A program made the translations under genes and the position numbers. DNA of 63,245 nucleotides, the filler included, from Octopus bimaculoides (taxonomy: Eukaryota): NCBI RefSeq assembly GCF_001194135.2. It is 9 parts of 8 records of this genome, joined end to end, with 100 filler letters (N's around TTAATTAATTAA, not from the genome) between each part and the next. Parts side by side here need not be neighbours in the genome. Positions count along the whole stretch, not along the records: positions 8,034 to 27,928 come from NC_069005.1; positions 28,029 to 39,005 come from NW_026371378.1; 7 more parts are not named here. One strand, given 5' to 3'. Below are positions 24,499 to 38,866 of the stretch, one piece after another. The notes beneath the pieces are model-generated. The model saw only the letters and a program-made list of their open reading frames with translations. It was not told the DNA's origin and did not search any database. The stretch's first letter is position 1. Each line of letters starts with the position of its first letter.

Positions 24499-25454
24499 AT
24501 ATAAATATATATATTCTCCCTATATATGTATACATTGATACACAATACGGGTAGTGTAAACACATGCACACATCCATTCATATAAACACACCTGCAAAAA
24601 CAGTCGTGCAGACACATACACACAATTATACGTAAATACCCACGTATACAGAGCTACACCAACACACACACACAGTCTCTCTCTCTCTCTCTCGTTTAAA
24701 TGTTTGCGCATATATAGACTCTTATATAAATCCATACATGTAAGTATTCAGATAAATTCAGTCGTTGACACGTATATACAGGCACATAAACACACACACA
24801 CACAACGTATGTGTGTGTGTGTGTGTACACATTTATTTATTCTGATGTATACATATACTAAAATACACACAGTTTCATTCATACCGAGGCGGAGACGCCT
24901 ATGCGCATACACACAACCACACACATAGATACAACTACAGATAATTAAAGGTATATAAAAATACGTACACATAGTCTCTTACGCGTATTTAAATACACAA
25001 ATACAGAACCACGTTAAGGTACGCACACACACACACACACGTACACATTCGCGCGCACATGCACATAGAGAGGCAGACGCATAGACAAGCGCACATACTA
25101 ACATCCACCCACATACGTACATGCACGCATTCATACAGAGAAGCTGCATACACGCGCCATTGATGCTGTTCAACCAATGAAAGCACGCCCTCCGTATTGC
25201 TCAACCTGCTAGAAATAGCAGTGAAATTCTAATAATAATAACATCGTATTAGGTGGGGGTGCCGGAAACAGAGTACGTTGAATTATAACGTCTGAATAGA
25301 AAAAATGAACAGATATTCTTGGCCTGAATGTCTTTAACCACACACACTACATAACTCACACGCACACACACACACGCATAAACATATGCTTCTTTGGTCT
25401 TGATATATTTAATCAAGATAATACTTTACCTTTCATTATTGATAACATAATCCT

Positions 25455-25635
25455 TTCTATTACAGGCGCAAGGCCTGAAATTTTGGGGAAGGAGGCAGTC
25501 GATTACATCAACCTCAGGTACTTATTTTATCGACCCGACTGGCGGAATTTGAACTCAAAACGCAAAGACGGGCGGACGAAACGCTGCTAAGCATTACGTC
25601 TAGCGTACTAACGGTTCTGCCGGCTCGCCGCCTTC
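25455..25635 (-). mobile_element. tRNA-derived SINE (family A), deleted copy
   Basis: AGGCGCAAGGCCTGAAATTTTGGGG..GGCGGAATTTGAACTC..GCTCGCCGCCTT. Confidence 0.75.
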
Positions 25636-25648
25636 ATTAATGTTAACG

Positions 25649-25870
25649 ACGAGGTGGTGTCAGAAAGTTTCTAGATTAGTTCTGTAGCGCGCCAACAGAC
25701 GGCAGCATGCAGTTGCGTGCGCAGTGAGAGCTATCAGTGACCTTCATGAGACAGTGTGCCGAATGACATCGCTGTGTTTACTTTGGAAGTTGTGAAATTT
25801 GTGTTTTTGTGATCACAGTTTTTGTGTATACTGTAGTCTGTGATTTTGTCATATAATGCGTGAAGAAGGT
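25649..25870 (+). mobile_element. Probable mariner-like transposon 5' end
   Basis: ACGAGGTGGTGTCAGAAAGTTTC..GCGCCAACAGACGGCAGCA resembles mariner TIR and 5' UTR; no transposase seen. Confidence 0.4.
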
Positions 25871-25984
25871 ATAGCTATGGTACACTTGTAATATCAGTAC
25901 AGAATAGCAATCTGTATATTTAACTGAATGTAGAAATACAGTAGAAAGTCACTACACTAGAAATCATCTTCTACAGATGTTTAT

Positions 25985-26275
25985 CATCATCATCATCAGC
26001 AGCAGCATCCTCATCATCATTTAATGTCCACTTTCCATGTTGGCATGAGATGGATGATTTGACTGAAACCTGGTAAGCTGCACCATGTTCTAATCTGATT
26101 TGGTATGTTTTCGACAGCTGGGTACCTTTCCTGATGCCAACCATTCCAAGAGTGCAGTGGGCGCTTTTTACATATGCCAGTTACGAAACATCAACATTGG
26201 CCATGACTGTGATTTCACTTGGCTTGACAGGTCTTCCCAAGCACGGCATATTGCCAAAGGTCTCAGTCACTTAAA
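25985..26275 (-). mobile_element. RTE-associated SINE 3' part with (GAT)n tail
   Basis: (CAT)n-TTTAATGTCCACTTTCCATG..CAGCTGG..CCAACCA, matching 62295-62615. Confidence 0.7.
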
Positions 26276-26331
26276 AAGTACAGAAATATATTAGCAGCAA
26301 ACGAAATGTATCCAGCAGTTGTAGTGGATTC

Positions 26332-26376
26332 TTGTTACTGATGATGTGAAAAGACGCAGAAATCCTGGTTTAGCAA
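26332..26376 (+). ncRNA. Minimal type I hammerhead motif, intact core
   Basis: UUGUUA-CUGAUGA-UGUG(AAAAGA)CGCA-GAA-AUCCUGGU-U-UAGCAA: 6-bp stem I, 4-bp stem II, weak stem III. Confidence 0.6.
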
Positions 26377-26924
26377 TTCTACCACTTCTAGATGCTTTTC
26401 TTCGGCTACTGGTATACTTATATACTTTTTGGCACAATACATCTATACAAGATACTTTCTCAAGACGAATATCACATTTGTACGATGTTTTACAGTATAT
26501 TTGCTTTAAGTATAATATACAGATTGCTGTTCTGAACTAATACTGTTTTCGTTGCTTATAACAGTTTAGCAATAAAATCAAAACAAGGGCTACACATCGC
26601 TTAGTTTGGTCTGCTCCATGATGGTTAGATATCGCTTAGTCTGGTCTGTTCTGGTTTATTCCTGAAGTAAATTGCTTACCAATATCTTTCACAGATTCTA
26701 GCTTTGGTTAACAACAAATAAGATTCTTATATAATTAATTGCTTGACTTGTTAGAAACAGAAGCTGAATGTCCGTCATATGAAACCGCATCTTAAACACA
26801 CGCATGCATACACACACTGGATGATGAGATCCTAGGATAAAGGTGTGAGAATCATAAGAAGGACGTGGTGGTTATGGTTGGAGTGTCTTTTGATCATAGG
26901 GTTTTCTCAATCAGGGATGACCTG

Positions 26925-26928
26925 ATGC

Positions 26929-26968
<40 letters not shown>

Positions 26969-27124
26969 AGCAACTACTAGCAGCACCACCACCACCACCG
27001 CCACCACCACTACACTACTGCTGCTGCTGCTGCTGCTACTACTACTACTACAACTACTACTACTACTACTAATAATAATAATAATAAAATCACCACTACT
27101 GCTGCTACTCCTGCTGCTGCTGCT

Positions 27125-27161
<37 letters not shown>

Positions 27162-27172
27162 CTACTACTACG

Positions 27173-27206
<34 letters not shown>

Positions 27207-27226
27207 TTACTACTACTACTACTACG

Positions 27227-27284
<58 letters not shown>

Positions 27285-27310
27285 TTACTACTACTACTAC
27301 TACGACGACG

Positions 27311-27351
<41 letters not shown>

Positions 27352-27365
27352 AATCACCACTACTG

Positions 27366-27397
<32 letters not shown>

Positions 27398-27912
27398 GTT
27401 GCTGCTGACACTACTGCATACGATGACCGGCACCATCACTATAACCATCACCTCCACAACCACCACCACTAGAATCATCACCCACACCACACCCTACTAT
27501 CACCCCCCCCCTGCCACTCCATTACTACTAGTACTACTACTACTACTACTACTATTCTTGCTGCTGCTGCGCCTCCTCTTTCTCCTTCTGTAGATTCTAT
27601 GATGAACATCACCACCGATACCACCACTGCCACCACCACCACTGCCACCATCATCACCACTACTACCACAAGCAGCACCACCACTATCACCGTCACCGCC
27701 CTCAACTTCATCGTCATCATCATCATCATCATCATCGTCGTCATCCTCGCCGCCGCCGCCGCCATCTCCACCACCACAACAACAACAAGAACTGTCACTG
27801 CTGCCAAAAATTATCACCCACCAAACCTTACTGTCACTCCCACCTCCCACCCCGCTACTCCTGTTGCTGCTGCTGCTGCTGCTATTACTACTACTACTAC
27901 TACTACTACTAC
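26925..27912. repeat. Compound trinucleotide microsatellite (ACT/ACC/GCT/CAT)n
   Basis: About 1 kb of triplet runs; source of the poly-L, poly-S and poly-V ORFs. Confidence 0.95.
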
Positions 27913-28167
27913 TGGTTGGAGAGGCTCCNNNNNNNNNNNNNNNNNNNNNNNNNNNNNNNNNNNNNNNNNNNNTTAATTAATTAANNNNNNNNNNNNNNNN
28001 NNNNNNNNNNNNNNNNNNNNNNNNNNNNAGGGGTGGTGGAAGAATAAAGACAACAAAAAAACAAAGAAGAAATAAAATAAGAAGAAAAAAAATGAAAGTA
28101 AAACAAAAGAATTTTAGAAGTGAATAAAAATAGTGTTGAAGATTATCTTGGTCAACACCTGCATCAC

Positions 28168-28201
<34 letters not shown>

Positions 28202-28412
28202 GAATGTATGGATGTATGTTTACATGTGTGTGTGCGTGTGTATGTATGGATGTATGTTTATGTGTGTGTGTATATATAAGTGTATGGATGTATGTTTATA
28301 TCTGTGTGTGTATAAATGTATGGATGTATGTTTATATGTGTGTGTGTGTGTGTGTAAATGTATGAATGTATGTTCATGTATGTGTGTATATATAAATGTA
28401 TGGATGTATGTT

Positions 28413-28478
<66 letters not shown>

Positions 28479-28969
28479 NNNNNNNNNNNNNNNNNNNNNN
28501 NNNNNNNNNNNNNNNNNNNNNNNNNNNNNNNNNNNNNNNNNNNNNNNNNNNNNNNNNNNNNNNNNNNNNNNNNNNNNNNNNNNNNNNNNNNNNNNNNNNN
28601 NNNNNNNNNNNNNNNNNNNNNNNNNNNNNNNNNNNNNNNNNNNNNNNNNNNNNNNNNNNNNNNNNNNNNNNNNNNNNNNNNNNNNNNNNNNNNNNNNNNN
28701 NNNNNNNNNNNNNNNNNNNNNNNNNNNNNNNNNNNNNNNNNNNNNNNNNNNNNNNNNNNNNNNNNNNNNNNNNNNNNNNNNNNNNNNNNNNNNNNNNNNN
28801 NNNNNNNNNNNNNNNNNNNNNNNNNNNNNNNNNNNNNNNNNNNNNNNNNNNNNNNNNNNNNNNNNNNNNNNNNNNNNNNNNNNNNNNNNNNNNNNNNNNN
28901 NNNNNNNNNNNNNNNNNNNNNNNNNNNNNNNNNNNNNNNNNNNNNNNNNNNNNNNNNNNNNNNNNNNNN

Positions 28970-29032
<63 letters not shown>

Positions 29033-29145
29033 ATTGATGTTTGGTTTTATGTTTAGTCATAATAAAAACAATTTTATGTTAATCTGAAGGCTTACCCTAT
29101 TCTGTTGTAGAGTATAAATTTATCATTCTTAAACAAGAAAAGTAT

Positions 29146-29232
29146 CGACAGTGACTTCGAAGTTTCAGCTAGCTAAGCCATCATTGGACTGTTGATGATG
29201 GCTTAACTGGCTGAAACTTCAAAGTCACTATC
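29146..29232. ncRNA. Head-to-head pair of degenerate hammerhead motifs forming a hairpin
   Basis: Arms 29150-29184 and 29195-29229 match at 32/35. Minus strand 29148-29192 reads ACAGU-CCAAUGA-UGGC(7 nt)GCU-GAA-ACUUCGAAGU-C-ACUGU. Confidence 0.7.
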
Positions 29233-29696
29233 AACAATATTCTTGTACGTGTGAGTGTACATTTCTGTTAATAATCATATCGGCAAGATGGCAGAAACGT
29301 TAGCACACCGGGCGAAATACTTGGTGGTATTTCGCCTGTTTTTACATTCGGTGTTCAAATTCCATGCATGTATATCTATATATATATATGTATATATATA
29401 ATATATAGTTTTAGGGAAAATAACCAAGTCTCAAGAACTCATCGATGAAAATCCACTATCACATATAGAAAAATTAATAATTAAAAGCACAATAAATGAG
29501 TAGAATATAAAGTAAAGTAAATATCATAAGATAAAGATAATAAAAAGATTACACGTGTTTCATAACCAATTTTCAAAATCCTATATAAAATCCTACCAAA
29601 ACAGTCACATAAGTCTGGTACAGGCTTCTGCCTGCCTGGCACTTGTGAAAGTGTCTCACCCATGGAAGGTGGATGTTAAACGACGAGGATGATGAT

Positions 29697-29760
<64 letters not shown>

Positions 29761-30200
29761 CGATCCCTATTAAACAGGTATATTAGCAGGCAACAATATA
29801 AGCGAGACTTAAAATATTCCGTTCTGACTAATTAGCTAATTAACAATTGTATTAATCAGTGGAGATCTATCTCGCACCTCAAATGCCGCTGATTCCCACT
29901 TCGCCACCACCGTTCCACATGTGACCACCACCACCAGCAATGCATTCAGTTATCTCCTTTTTTATCACACGTTTTTTTATGTTTGTGTCTTTTTTATGTA
30001 TTTTTGTTGGTCTTTAATTGTCTCTTTTTTTTTAGTTATATATATATACTCATATATATATATATATATATATACACATACACACATAATTATTCAATAA
30101 AAGTTGAGAAAATGGTGAGTTCGTAAATATGTGTGTGTGTGTATATATATACATACATACTAACACACACACACTCATATATATGCACATACACATGTAT

Positions 30201-30232
<32 letters not shown>

Positions 30233-30984
30233 ATATATGTGAGTATAAATATATACATACATATGTATATATATGTGTGTGTGTGTATATATATAAATAT
30301 ATATATATATACACACATATATATATATGTGTGTGTGTGTGTGCATGTGTATACAAACACACGTATATNNNNNNNNNNNNNNNNNNNNNNNNNNNNNNNN
30401 NNNNNNNNNNNNNNNNNNNNNNNNNNNNNNNNNNNNNNNNNNNNNNNNNNNNNNNNNNNNNNNNNNNNNNNNNNNNNNNNNNNNNNNNNNNNNNNNNNNN
30501 NNNNNNTAGACATACAAATATGTATATTTTATGTATATCTGATTATATTTTTTATACATGCATATGTAGTCCACATGCTTATCTTTGTGTGTGTGTGCAT
30601 GTGTGTGTATGTATGAGTGCCCAGTGTGTATATATTTTTATGAAGAGAACGATCGAGCAAATTAAAAAAAAAAAAAGAAAAAAAAAACCGCAAAATAATA
30701 ACGAACCAAATATAAAAAGAAATACATTTGAAAATGGTGTGACTTGAAGTCATCAACCGAGACAAGCAGTGAAGCGTGACTTATTGAACTGACTTAAAGT
30801 AGGAACTGGAAAACCAAAATTGCAGCCATTGCCTCTCTTGTTGTGGCTGCAAATTCTCTGGGAGGGTCTTTTGGTTGGTGAGCAGTGGAGGGTGTGGCAA
30901 CGAAGGGAGGGGACCTCGGTCGTTTGTGACGATTTGGGTCCCAATAAATCAATCATCTCATCTCATTTCGGTCTCTTCTATTCT

Positions 30985-31155
30985 TTTACTTGCTTCAGTC
31001 ATTTGACTGTGGCCATGCTGGAGCACCGCTTGTAGTTCAAAGAATCGACCCCATGATTTTTTCTTTGTAAGCCTAGTACTTATTCTATCGGTCTTTTTTG
31101 CTGAACCACTAAGTTACGGGGGATGTAAACACACCAACATCAGTTGTCAAGCGAT
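30985..31155 (-). mobile_element. Family B/C SINE 3' body
   Basis: Reverse complement of the 3146-3340 type sequence. Confidence 0.75.
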
Positions 31156-31419
31156 GGTCAAACTGTCCAACCCAAGATTATAGAGATGACCCCCTTAGGT
31201 CATGAATGACCACGGGGAAAGTTAGCCTCCAAGGCCCAAGTCTGGGCAAGGTTGTTTATAGAAGACCATCAGTCACCCATGCATACCAGCCTCTCCTCCC
31301 CACACCACCGATGTTCTCCAAGGGAAAGGCAAAGGGACCTATACAGCTTGGTACCAGTGACGTCACAACTCATTACCTGCCTGGATTCCAAATCCCCATT
31401 CCTTTATGTTCTAAATATG

Positions 31420-31474
<55 letters not shown>

Positions 31475-33920
31475 TTGTATTGAAAGATTCTGTTAAAACA
31501 TTTGAGAAAAATTATATTAGCGTGTCCAACTTGCTAAAGTTCCATTTATTTATTTATGCAGCTGAAGATGGCACCACATTTAAAATGGTTGTAACGATTG
31601 TATTGTTCAATAAAATGGAGCCGCTTGAAATGGTCACACTGCATCACTACTTGTTATCCTGTTGCTTATTTTGATTTTAAATATATATATGTATATATAT
31701 ATATATATATATACACACACATATATATATACACACACATACACATACATACACACACATTTTTATAAAGTTACCAATTTATAAATTCACAAGGAGTCAG
31801 TGACAGCTCACACACACTCACAAAGCAACACACTCATACAGACACAAATACACACACACACATGTAATATACACACACACATGCATATATACATACATAT
31901 ACACACACATACATACATATGTTTATACATGGAAACTGGAAACACTGATGATGTCATTCATAAGTAATTAGGAAATACCGATCTCTTTAGTGAGTGTGTG
32001 TGTGTGTGTGTGTGTGTGCATGGAAGAAAAGTATATATATATATATAAGTAGGTGTGTGTGTGTGTGTGTGTGTGCATTTATACATCTGTATGTATATAT
32101 GTGTGTGTGTGTGTGTGTGTATGTGTAGACGAGTCTGTGTGCATGCATATGTATACGTGTATATATACATAAATATACATACCTACATATGTGTGTGTGT
32201 ATGGATGGATGCCCCCCCCCACCCCCCGCTGTATTCTTGACTGTTCTAGAAAGGATGAATGGTTGAAAGTTAATTTCATCATTGCATGTGGTTCATCACA
32301 AGAGATAATTGTCTGTTCATGTGTGTCTATATATGTATATATATATATGTATGTGTATGTGTGTGTGTGTGTGTGTGTACACGTGTGTACGTGCGTACGT
32401 GTGTGTGTGTGTGTGTGTGTATCTAGCTGGGTGAGATGTGATATTTTGATGGAAGATGGCTGAGGAAATTGGATATTTACGGGGTGGTGAGAGGTGGTGG
32501 GNNNNNNNNNNAGGTCAGTGCGTCTCTGTTGACCCTCCCCCCACTGCGACATATCCCCTCCCCTAACACACCCTCTCTCTGTTTCTGTGCACTCACAACA
32601 AGCACGGAGAGGGGTGAGGTCAGTTTTGGCAAGGGTTTTTACAGCTGGATGCCCTTCCGAACACCAACCACTTTACAGTGTGGACGGGGACGCTTTTTAA
32701 GTGGCCCCTGCACTGACAAAACTTTTAAGACGGGGTGGAGGCATTGGAGAAGGTGATGATGAAACGGTTGAGACAGATACAGGTGTCTTGCTGTAGAGGA
32801 AGTAGAAGGTTACCTGGCCGGAGAGAGAGAAAGATCAGAGATGAAGACAGAAACATGTGTGCTGCCGCAAAGAACATAGATGGTTGCCCAACCTGAGGGA
32901 AGAGCAGGAGAAAGAGAGAAAGAGAGAGAGAGTGGGAGACAGCAGGATGGAGATGGTGGCAAAACATATATAGTAAATCCCCAAAAACAAAGATTTTATA
33001 TATATATATACATCTGTCTGTATTCTAGCATGTATGTATGCATATATATATATATTTGACTTGCAATTTTAACTAAGCAGGAATGGGTGAACTGATGGCT
33101 TCTGTGGAAGACCCCCCCCCCCCATGCAAGGGTGTGGTGGAGACTGGGGATTGAACTTCAAGTTATGCAGTTGGGATCTCATAACCACAACTGACACAAC
33201 ACTCTCTATCCATGAAGATGATGATGATGATGGCAATGATGGTGGTGTTGGTGGTGGTGGTAGTAGTTGTAGTGTGGTAGAGGTCGTGGTGTTGGTGGTG
33301 GTTGTGATGATGGTGATGGTGGTGTTGGTGGTGTTGGTGGTCGTGGTGATAAGGGTGGTGTTGGTGGTGGTGGTGATGTTGGAATTTGGCAGATGAAGTC
33401 GTGGCATCACGTGTCCTGATGTAATGAGGTGTGTAGCATTTCGGAAATGACATGAACGAGAGTAAAATGGTGAGGAGGGTTAGGGGTTGCCTGTTGTGGT
33501 GGTTGTCTGGGGTTGGTGTTGTTGTTATTGTTGTCTACACCCAGCTAGGCCTGGTGCTTACTCACGGCTGTGTTTGCACGTTGAAATGTTTATTTAGTGG
33601 ACTGTCATCGGTTCACAGTTTATCTGTATGTGTGTGTGTGTGTGTGTGCTTGGGCGTGAGTGTACTTGGGCGTGAGTGTGTGTGTGTGTGTGCATGTGTG
33701 TGCTTAGGCATGAGTGTGTGTGAGTGCTTGGGCGTGAGTATGTGTGTGTGTGTGTTTCAATACACACATAAGTTTGTTCCATAAAACATCACAGTTTTCA
33801 ATGAATACATTCCCACACAGACGTGACAGAAGTAAATAGACACGCTCTTATTCATTAAAAGTTTATTTAAATCCCAAATTATCCGTTCAAATTATTTATT
33901 AATTATCATAATGTGAATAT

Positions 33921-34034
33921 CTAATATTTAGAAGACAAGCCCTTTGCATTTTTCAATGCAAGGTCCCTATTTGGCATTTTCACGATCAGATGACGAATAT
34001 TCTCTTGAGGAATTCTTTGCCAAGTTTCTTGCAA
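33921..34034 (-). pseudogene. Tc1-family transposase C-terminal relic
   Basis: Minus frame LQETWQRIPQENIRHLIVKMPNRDLALKNAKGLSSKY*, matching the Tc1 end W..IP..I..LI.SMP.R...A.G..TKY*. Confidence 0.8.
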
Positions 34035-34881
34035 TAATCTCAAGAGAGTGGGAGACAGCAGGATGGGGATGGTGGCAAAATGCTGGGCATCCATACAAGG
34101 GACAGGGATCAGAATATAAATGGGATGATTGAGTAAAGATACGGATGAGGATGGGAAGCTTCAGAGCATACCCTTGAGGTTCCAACGCCATAATATAAGC
34201 GACATGTGTGTGTGTGTGTGTGTGTGTGTATACACGTATATATCATTATTGTCATCATTTAACGTCCGTTTTTCCATGCTGGTATGGGTTGAGTGCTGAC
34301 AAGCCCTCATGTCTTTTTAACCAGGATTTCTTTGCCTGGATGCCGTCCCCAATGCCGACCACTTCACAGAGTTGCTCTGCTTCTCCTATTTTTTCTGCTA
34401 AACAATATACGGAATTTCTTTAAAATCCCACGTCTAGAAGGAAACATAAATTATTATGGAATCTTAAATGCATGACACAAACGACTGACACCTCAAAGAG
34501 AACCGCAAACCACAGATGCCTTTCAAACGCTTTATTATCTCTGTAGCAAAATCCAATACTTGCTTCATTTTCTATCTATCTATCTATCTGCCTATCCATC
34601 TATCTATCTATCTATCTATCTATCCATCTGCCTATCTATCTATCTATCTATCCATCCATCTACCTATCTATCTATTTATCTATCTATCCATCTATCTACC
34701 TATCTACCTATTTATCTATCTATCTATCTGTCTGTCTGTCTATCCATCTATAATATAATTTGTATACATATATTTGTCTAATCCATGTCGGCATGGAACA
34801 AATATATTAAATAATGTTGAAACATAATACATACATACATCCATATATACATACACATATACATGCATACGAATGTATATG

Positions 34882-34923
<42 letters not shown>

Positions 34924-34953
34924 TATATACACATATATACACATATATACATA

Positions 34954-34986
<33 letters not shown>

Positions 34987-35348
34987 GCATATATACACAC
35001 ACATACACGTCATCTGGCTATCCATTACCCACAATCCCATATATCATATATCGATCATATGATGCACAATGACCAATCAGCAATGAGTGCTTATCATGTT
35101 TCACGTGATATTTGAAAGGAAATTGAAGGTGATTAAAATGGATGCTTGTGAGTTTGCGCTTGTATATATAAGTGGTTTTATGTGTGTGTGTGCGTGTGCA
35201 TGTACTTATATATGTGTGTAAATGTGTATGTTTATATATCTGTATGTATGTATGCTGATATAGAAGACGTGTGTAGATGCATACATATGTATGTACATAT
35301 ATATATATATATATATCATACTCATGTGTGTGGGTAAATATATATGCT

Positions 35349-35383
<35 letters not shown>

Positions 35384-36404
35384 GCGTGTGTGTGTGTGTG
35401 TGTGTGNNNNNNNNNNNNNNNNNNNNNNNNNNNNNNNNNNNNNNNNNNNNNNNNNNNNNNNNNNNNNNNNNNNNNNNNNNNNNNNNNNNNNNNNNNNNNN
35501 NNNNNNNNNNNNNNNNNNNNNNNNNNNNNNNNNNNNNNNNNNNNNNNNNNNNNNNNNNNNNNNNNNNNNNNNNNNNNNNNNNNNNNNNNNNNNNNNNNNN
35601 NNNNNNNNNNNNNNNNNNNNNNNNNNNNNNNNNNNNNNNNNNNNNNNNNNNNNNNNNNNNNNNNNNNNNNNNNNNNNNNNNNNNNNNNNNNNNNNNNNNN
35701 NNNNNNNNNNNNNNNNNNNNNNNNNNNNNNNNNNNNNNNNNNNNNNNNNNNNNNNNNNNNNNNNNNNNNNNNNNNNNNNNNNNNNNNNNNNNNNNNNNNN
35801 NNNNNNNNNNNNNNNNNNNNNNNNNNNNNNNNNTATATATATATATATACATGTATATATATATATGTCTCTACAACACACACACACACACACACTATCC
35901 AATTTCTCATTGACTCTGCCATCTTCCTTGCAATATTCATGGCTTCCAATGTAACCATACGCACCATCACAATATAATATTCATTTTTACCTTCCTTCCT
36001 GCCAACCATGGCCACCTAACCTAAACCAATGTCCATCAATTAGTACAGTCGAAGGCCCGCATTCTGAATCCGTGTCAGAAGTCATAGAATCATCCCATCT
36101 TTTATTCAGGCATAGTGTATCTAGGACTACATTATCTAATGTACAGTATACGAGTTAGTAGCAGTGGCTATAGTTGTTGTTGTTTAGCCCTAGGTCAGTT
36201 CTGATCCAGACACAATGCTTTGTAATATTTGTTCAGGGTTGGTATATGATGGGTTCAAACCTTACTGAAGCTGGTTTCGTCTTTTCTCTCTCCAGGGTCA
36301 ACAAAATAAAATACCAGTCATATACTGGGATCGAAATAATTAGCTAATCCCTCTCCTCTTAAAAAATTGCCGGCCTTGTGTCAAATTCTGAAACAAAGGT
36401 TGGC

Positions 36405-36583
36405 AGAACCATTAACACGAAGGGGCAAAGTTCTTAGTTCTGAGTTCAAATTCTGCCAATGTCGACTTTGCCTTTTATCCTTTCGGGGGGTCGATAAAAT
36501 AAGTAGCAGTTACGCACTAGGGTCAATGTAGCCAATTTGTCCCCTCCTTCTAAATTTCAGCCCTTGTGCCTATAGTAGAAAGG

Positions 36584-36585
<2 letters not shown>
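36405..36585 (+). mobile_element. tRNA-derived SINE (family A) ending in (TTA)n
   Basis: CTGAGTTCAAATTCTGCC..GGGTCGATAAAATAAG..TTGTGCCTATAGTAGAAAGG-(ATT)n. Confidence 0.75.
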
Positions 36586-36641
<56 letters not shown>

Positions 36642-38474
36642 TATGGTGTTCTACATAAGCCCTTGAGCCCAATAAAGAATTAATTATTATTATTATTATT
36701 ATTATTATTTGATAATCCCTCAATCTTCTTTCTCNNNNNNNNNNNNNNNNNNNNNNNNNNNNNNNNNNNNNNNNNNNNNNNNNNNNNNNNNNNNNNNNNN
36801 NNNNNNNNNNNNNNNNNNNNNNNNNNNNNNNNNNNNNNNNNNNNNNNNNNNNNNNNNNNNNNNNNNNNNNNNNNNNNNNNNNNNNNNNNNNNNNNNNNNN
36901 NNNNNNNNNNNNNNNNNNNNNNNNNNNNNNNNNNNNNNNNNNNNNNNNNNNNNNNNNNNNNNNNNNNNNNNNNNNNNNNNNNNNNNNNNNNNNNNNNNNN
37001 NNNNNNNNNNNNNNNNNNNNNNNNNNNNNNNNNNNNNNNNNNNNNNNNNNNNNNNNNNNNNNNNNNNNNNNNNNNNNNNNNNNNNNNNNNNNNNNNNNNN
37101 NNNNNNNNNNNNNNNNNNNNNNNNNNNNNNNNNNNNNNNNNNNNNNNNNNNNNNNNNNNNNNNNNNNNNNNNNNNNNNNNNNNNNNNNNNNNNNNNNNNN
37201 NNNNNNNNNNNNNNNNNNNNNNNNNNNNNNNNNNNNNNNNNNNNNNNNNNNNNNNNNNNNNNNNNNATTATTATTATTATTATTATTATTATTTTGTTTT
37301 TTTTAATTTTAATTGTTGATATTTTCCAAATGGCTGAATTGCTGCAGTTTTGGATTAAAAAAAAAAAAATTTTTTTTTAATCCTATCATAGACACATATT
37401 GGACTACGTGGTTAAGATTCCCGGTTCAGTTCCACTGCAGGATTTTTACAGCTGGATGCCCTTCCTAACACCAACCACTCAGCAGAATGGACTAAGTGCT
37501 TTTTATGTAGCACAAGCAGAGGCGAGGTCAGCTTTGGCATCGTTTTTACAGCTGGATGCCCTTCCAAATGCCAACCACTTCACAGTGTGGACTGGGTGCT
37601 TTTTAAGTGGCACCTACACTGACAGGGTCACCAAGTACTTGCAAGATAAAAAATATCTCTTTTGAGATATTTTTCACATAATGTAGATGACAATTTATTC
37701 ACCGCACCCTGTATGTAAATACATACACACACAAATATATATACATATGCATGCATATCTATCTATCTCTTGTGATATATATACATCAATTCCCATTCTA
37801 CACGGAACATTCCTTGGATAACGGAACAGCATCTTTTAACATCCAACATGAATTTTTATTTTCATATTTTCCTTTCATACTTTCCGCATCAGATCTCATT
37901 TCTTGTATATCTCTCCCTTTCCAAAATAACCCCTTCTACAATGAACTCTACTAATTCCTAGGAGTTACACCACAGTCATTTTGTGATCTTTGCTACCCTG
38001 GTATCTATTAACCAATTTATTTTGTCCGAGTTATTTATTAACTAGGAGAAAATAAATACATATNNNNNNNNNNNNNNNNNNNNNNNNNNNNNNNNNNNNN
38101 NNNNNNNNNNNNNNNNNNNNNNNNNNNNNNNNNNNNNNNNNNNNNNNNNNNNNNNNNNNNNNNNNNNNNNNNNNNNNNNNNNNNNNNNNNNNNNNNNNNN
38201 NNNNNNNNNNNNNNNNNNNNNNNNNNNNNNNNNNNNNNNNNNNNNNNNNNNNNNNNNNNNNNNNNNNNNNNNNNNNNNNNNNNNNNNNNNNNNNNNNNNN
38301 NNNNNNNNNNNNNNNNNNNNNNNNNNNNNNNNNNNNNNNNNNNNNNNNNNNNNNNNNNNNNNNNNNNNNNNNNTCTTGAAACATGAAACATAGGCTGTTT
38401 CTTACGTATGTCAACGTGCAATCATACACACACACAAATATATATACATCTGATATCTATCTATCTATCTATCC

Positions 38475-38505
<31 letters not shown>

Positions 38506-38539
38506 CATCCATCCATCCATCTATCTGTCCGTCTGTAAC

Positions 38540-38594
<55 letters not shown>

Positions 38595-38823
38595 CCTCCA
38601 TCTATCTATCTATCTGTTTGTTATATACACATAAAAAAATTAATCTTCTTCACAATCTCAACTCAAAATACTTCACAGCAAATCATTTGGCAGCTCATAA
38701 ACACCACCATATCCACACATATACTCGTCCTACCCTGCTAAACTCTGTTGCTCTCTCTTTGATGTAGGAGTTGCCTCTCACTTACACAGTCAGATACACG
38801 TATACTTGCATGCATGTGCCTTA

Positions 38824-38866
<43 letters not shown>

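Noticed and set aside
29405-29530. Repeat with palindrome CTCATCGATGAA (also at about 12344 and, inverted, 56560-56685)
   Set aside because: A real dispersed repeat, but no consistent ribozyme, TIR or coding signal allowed classification.
31555-31610. CUGAAGA-UGGCACCA..UGGU motif followed by AATAAA
   Set aside because: Looks like a decayed Penelope end, but GAAA is missing and stem II is broken; too degenerate to count.
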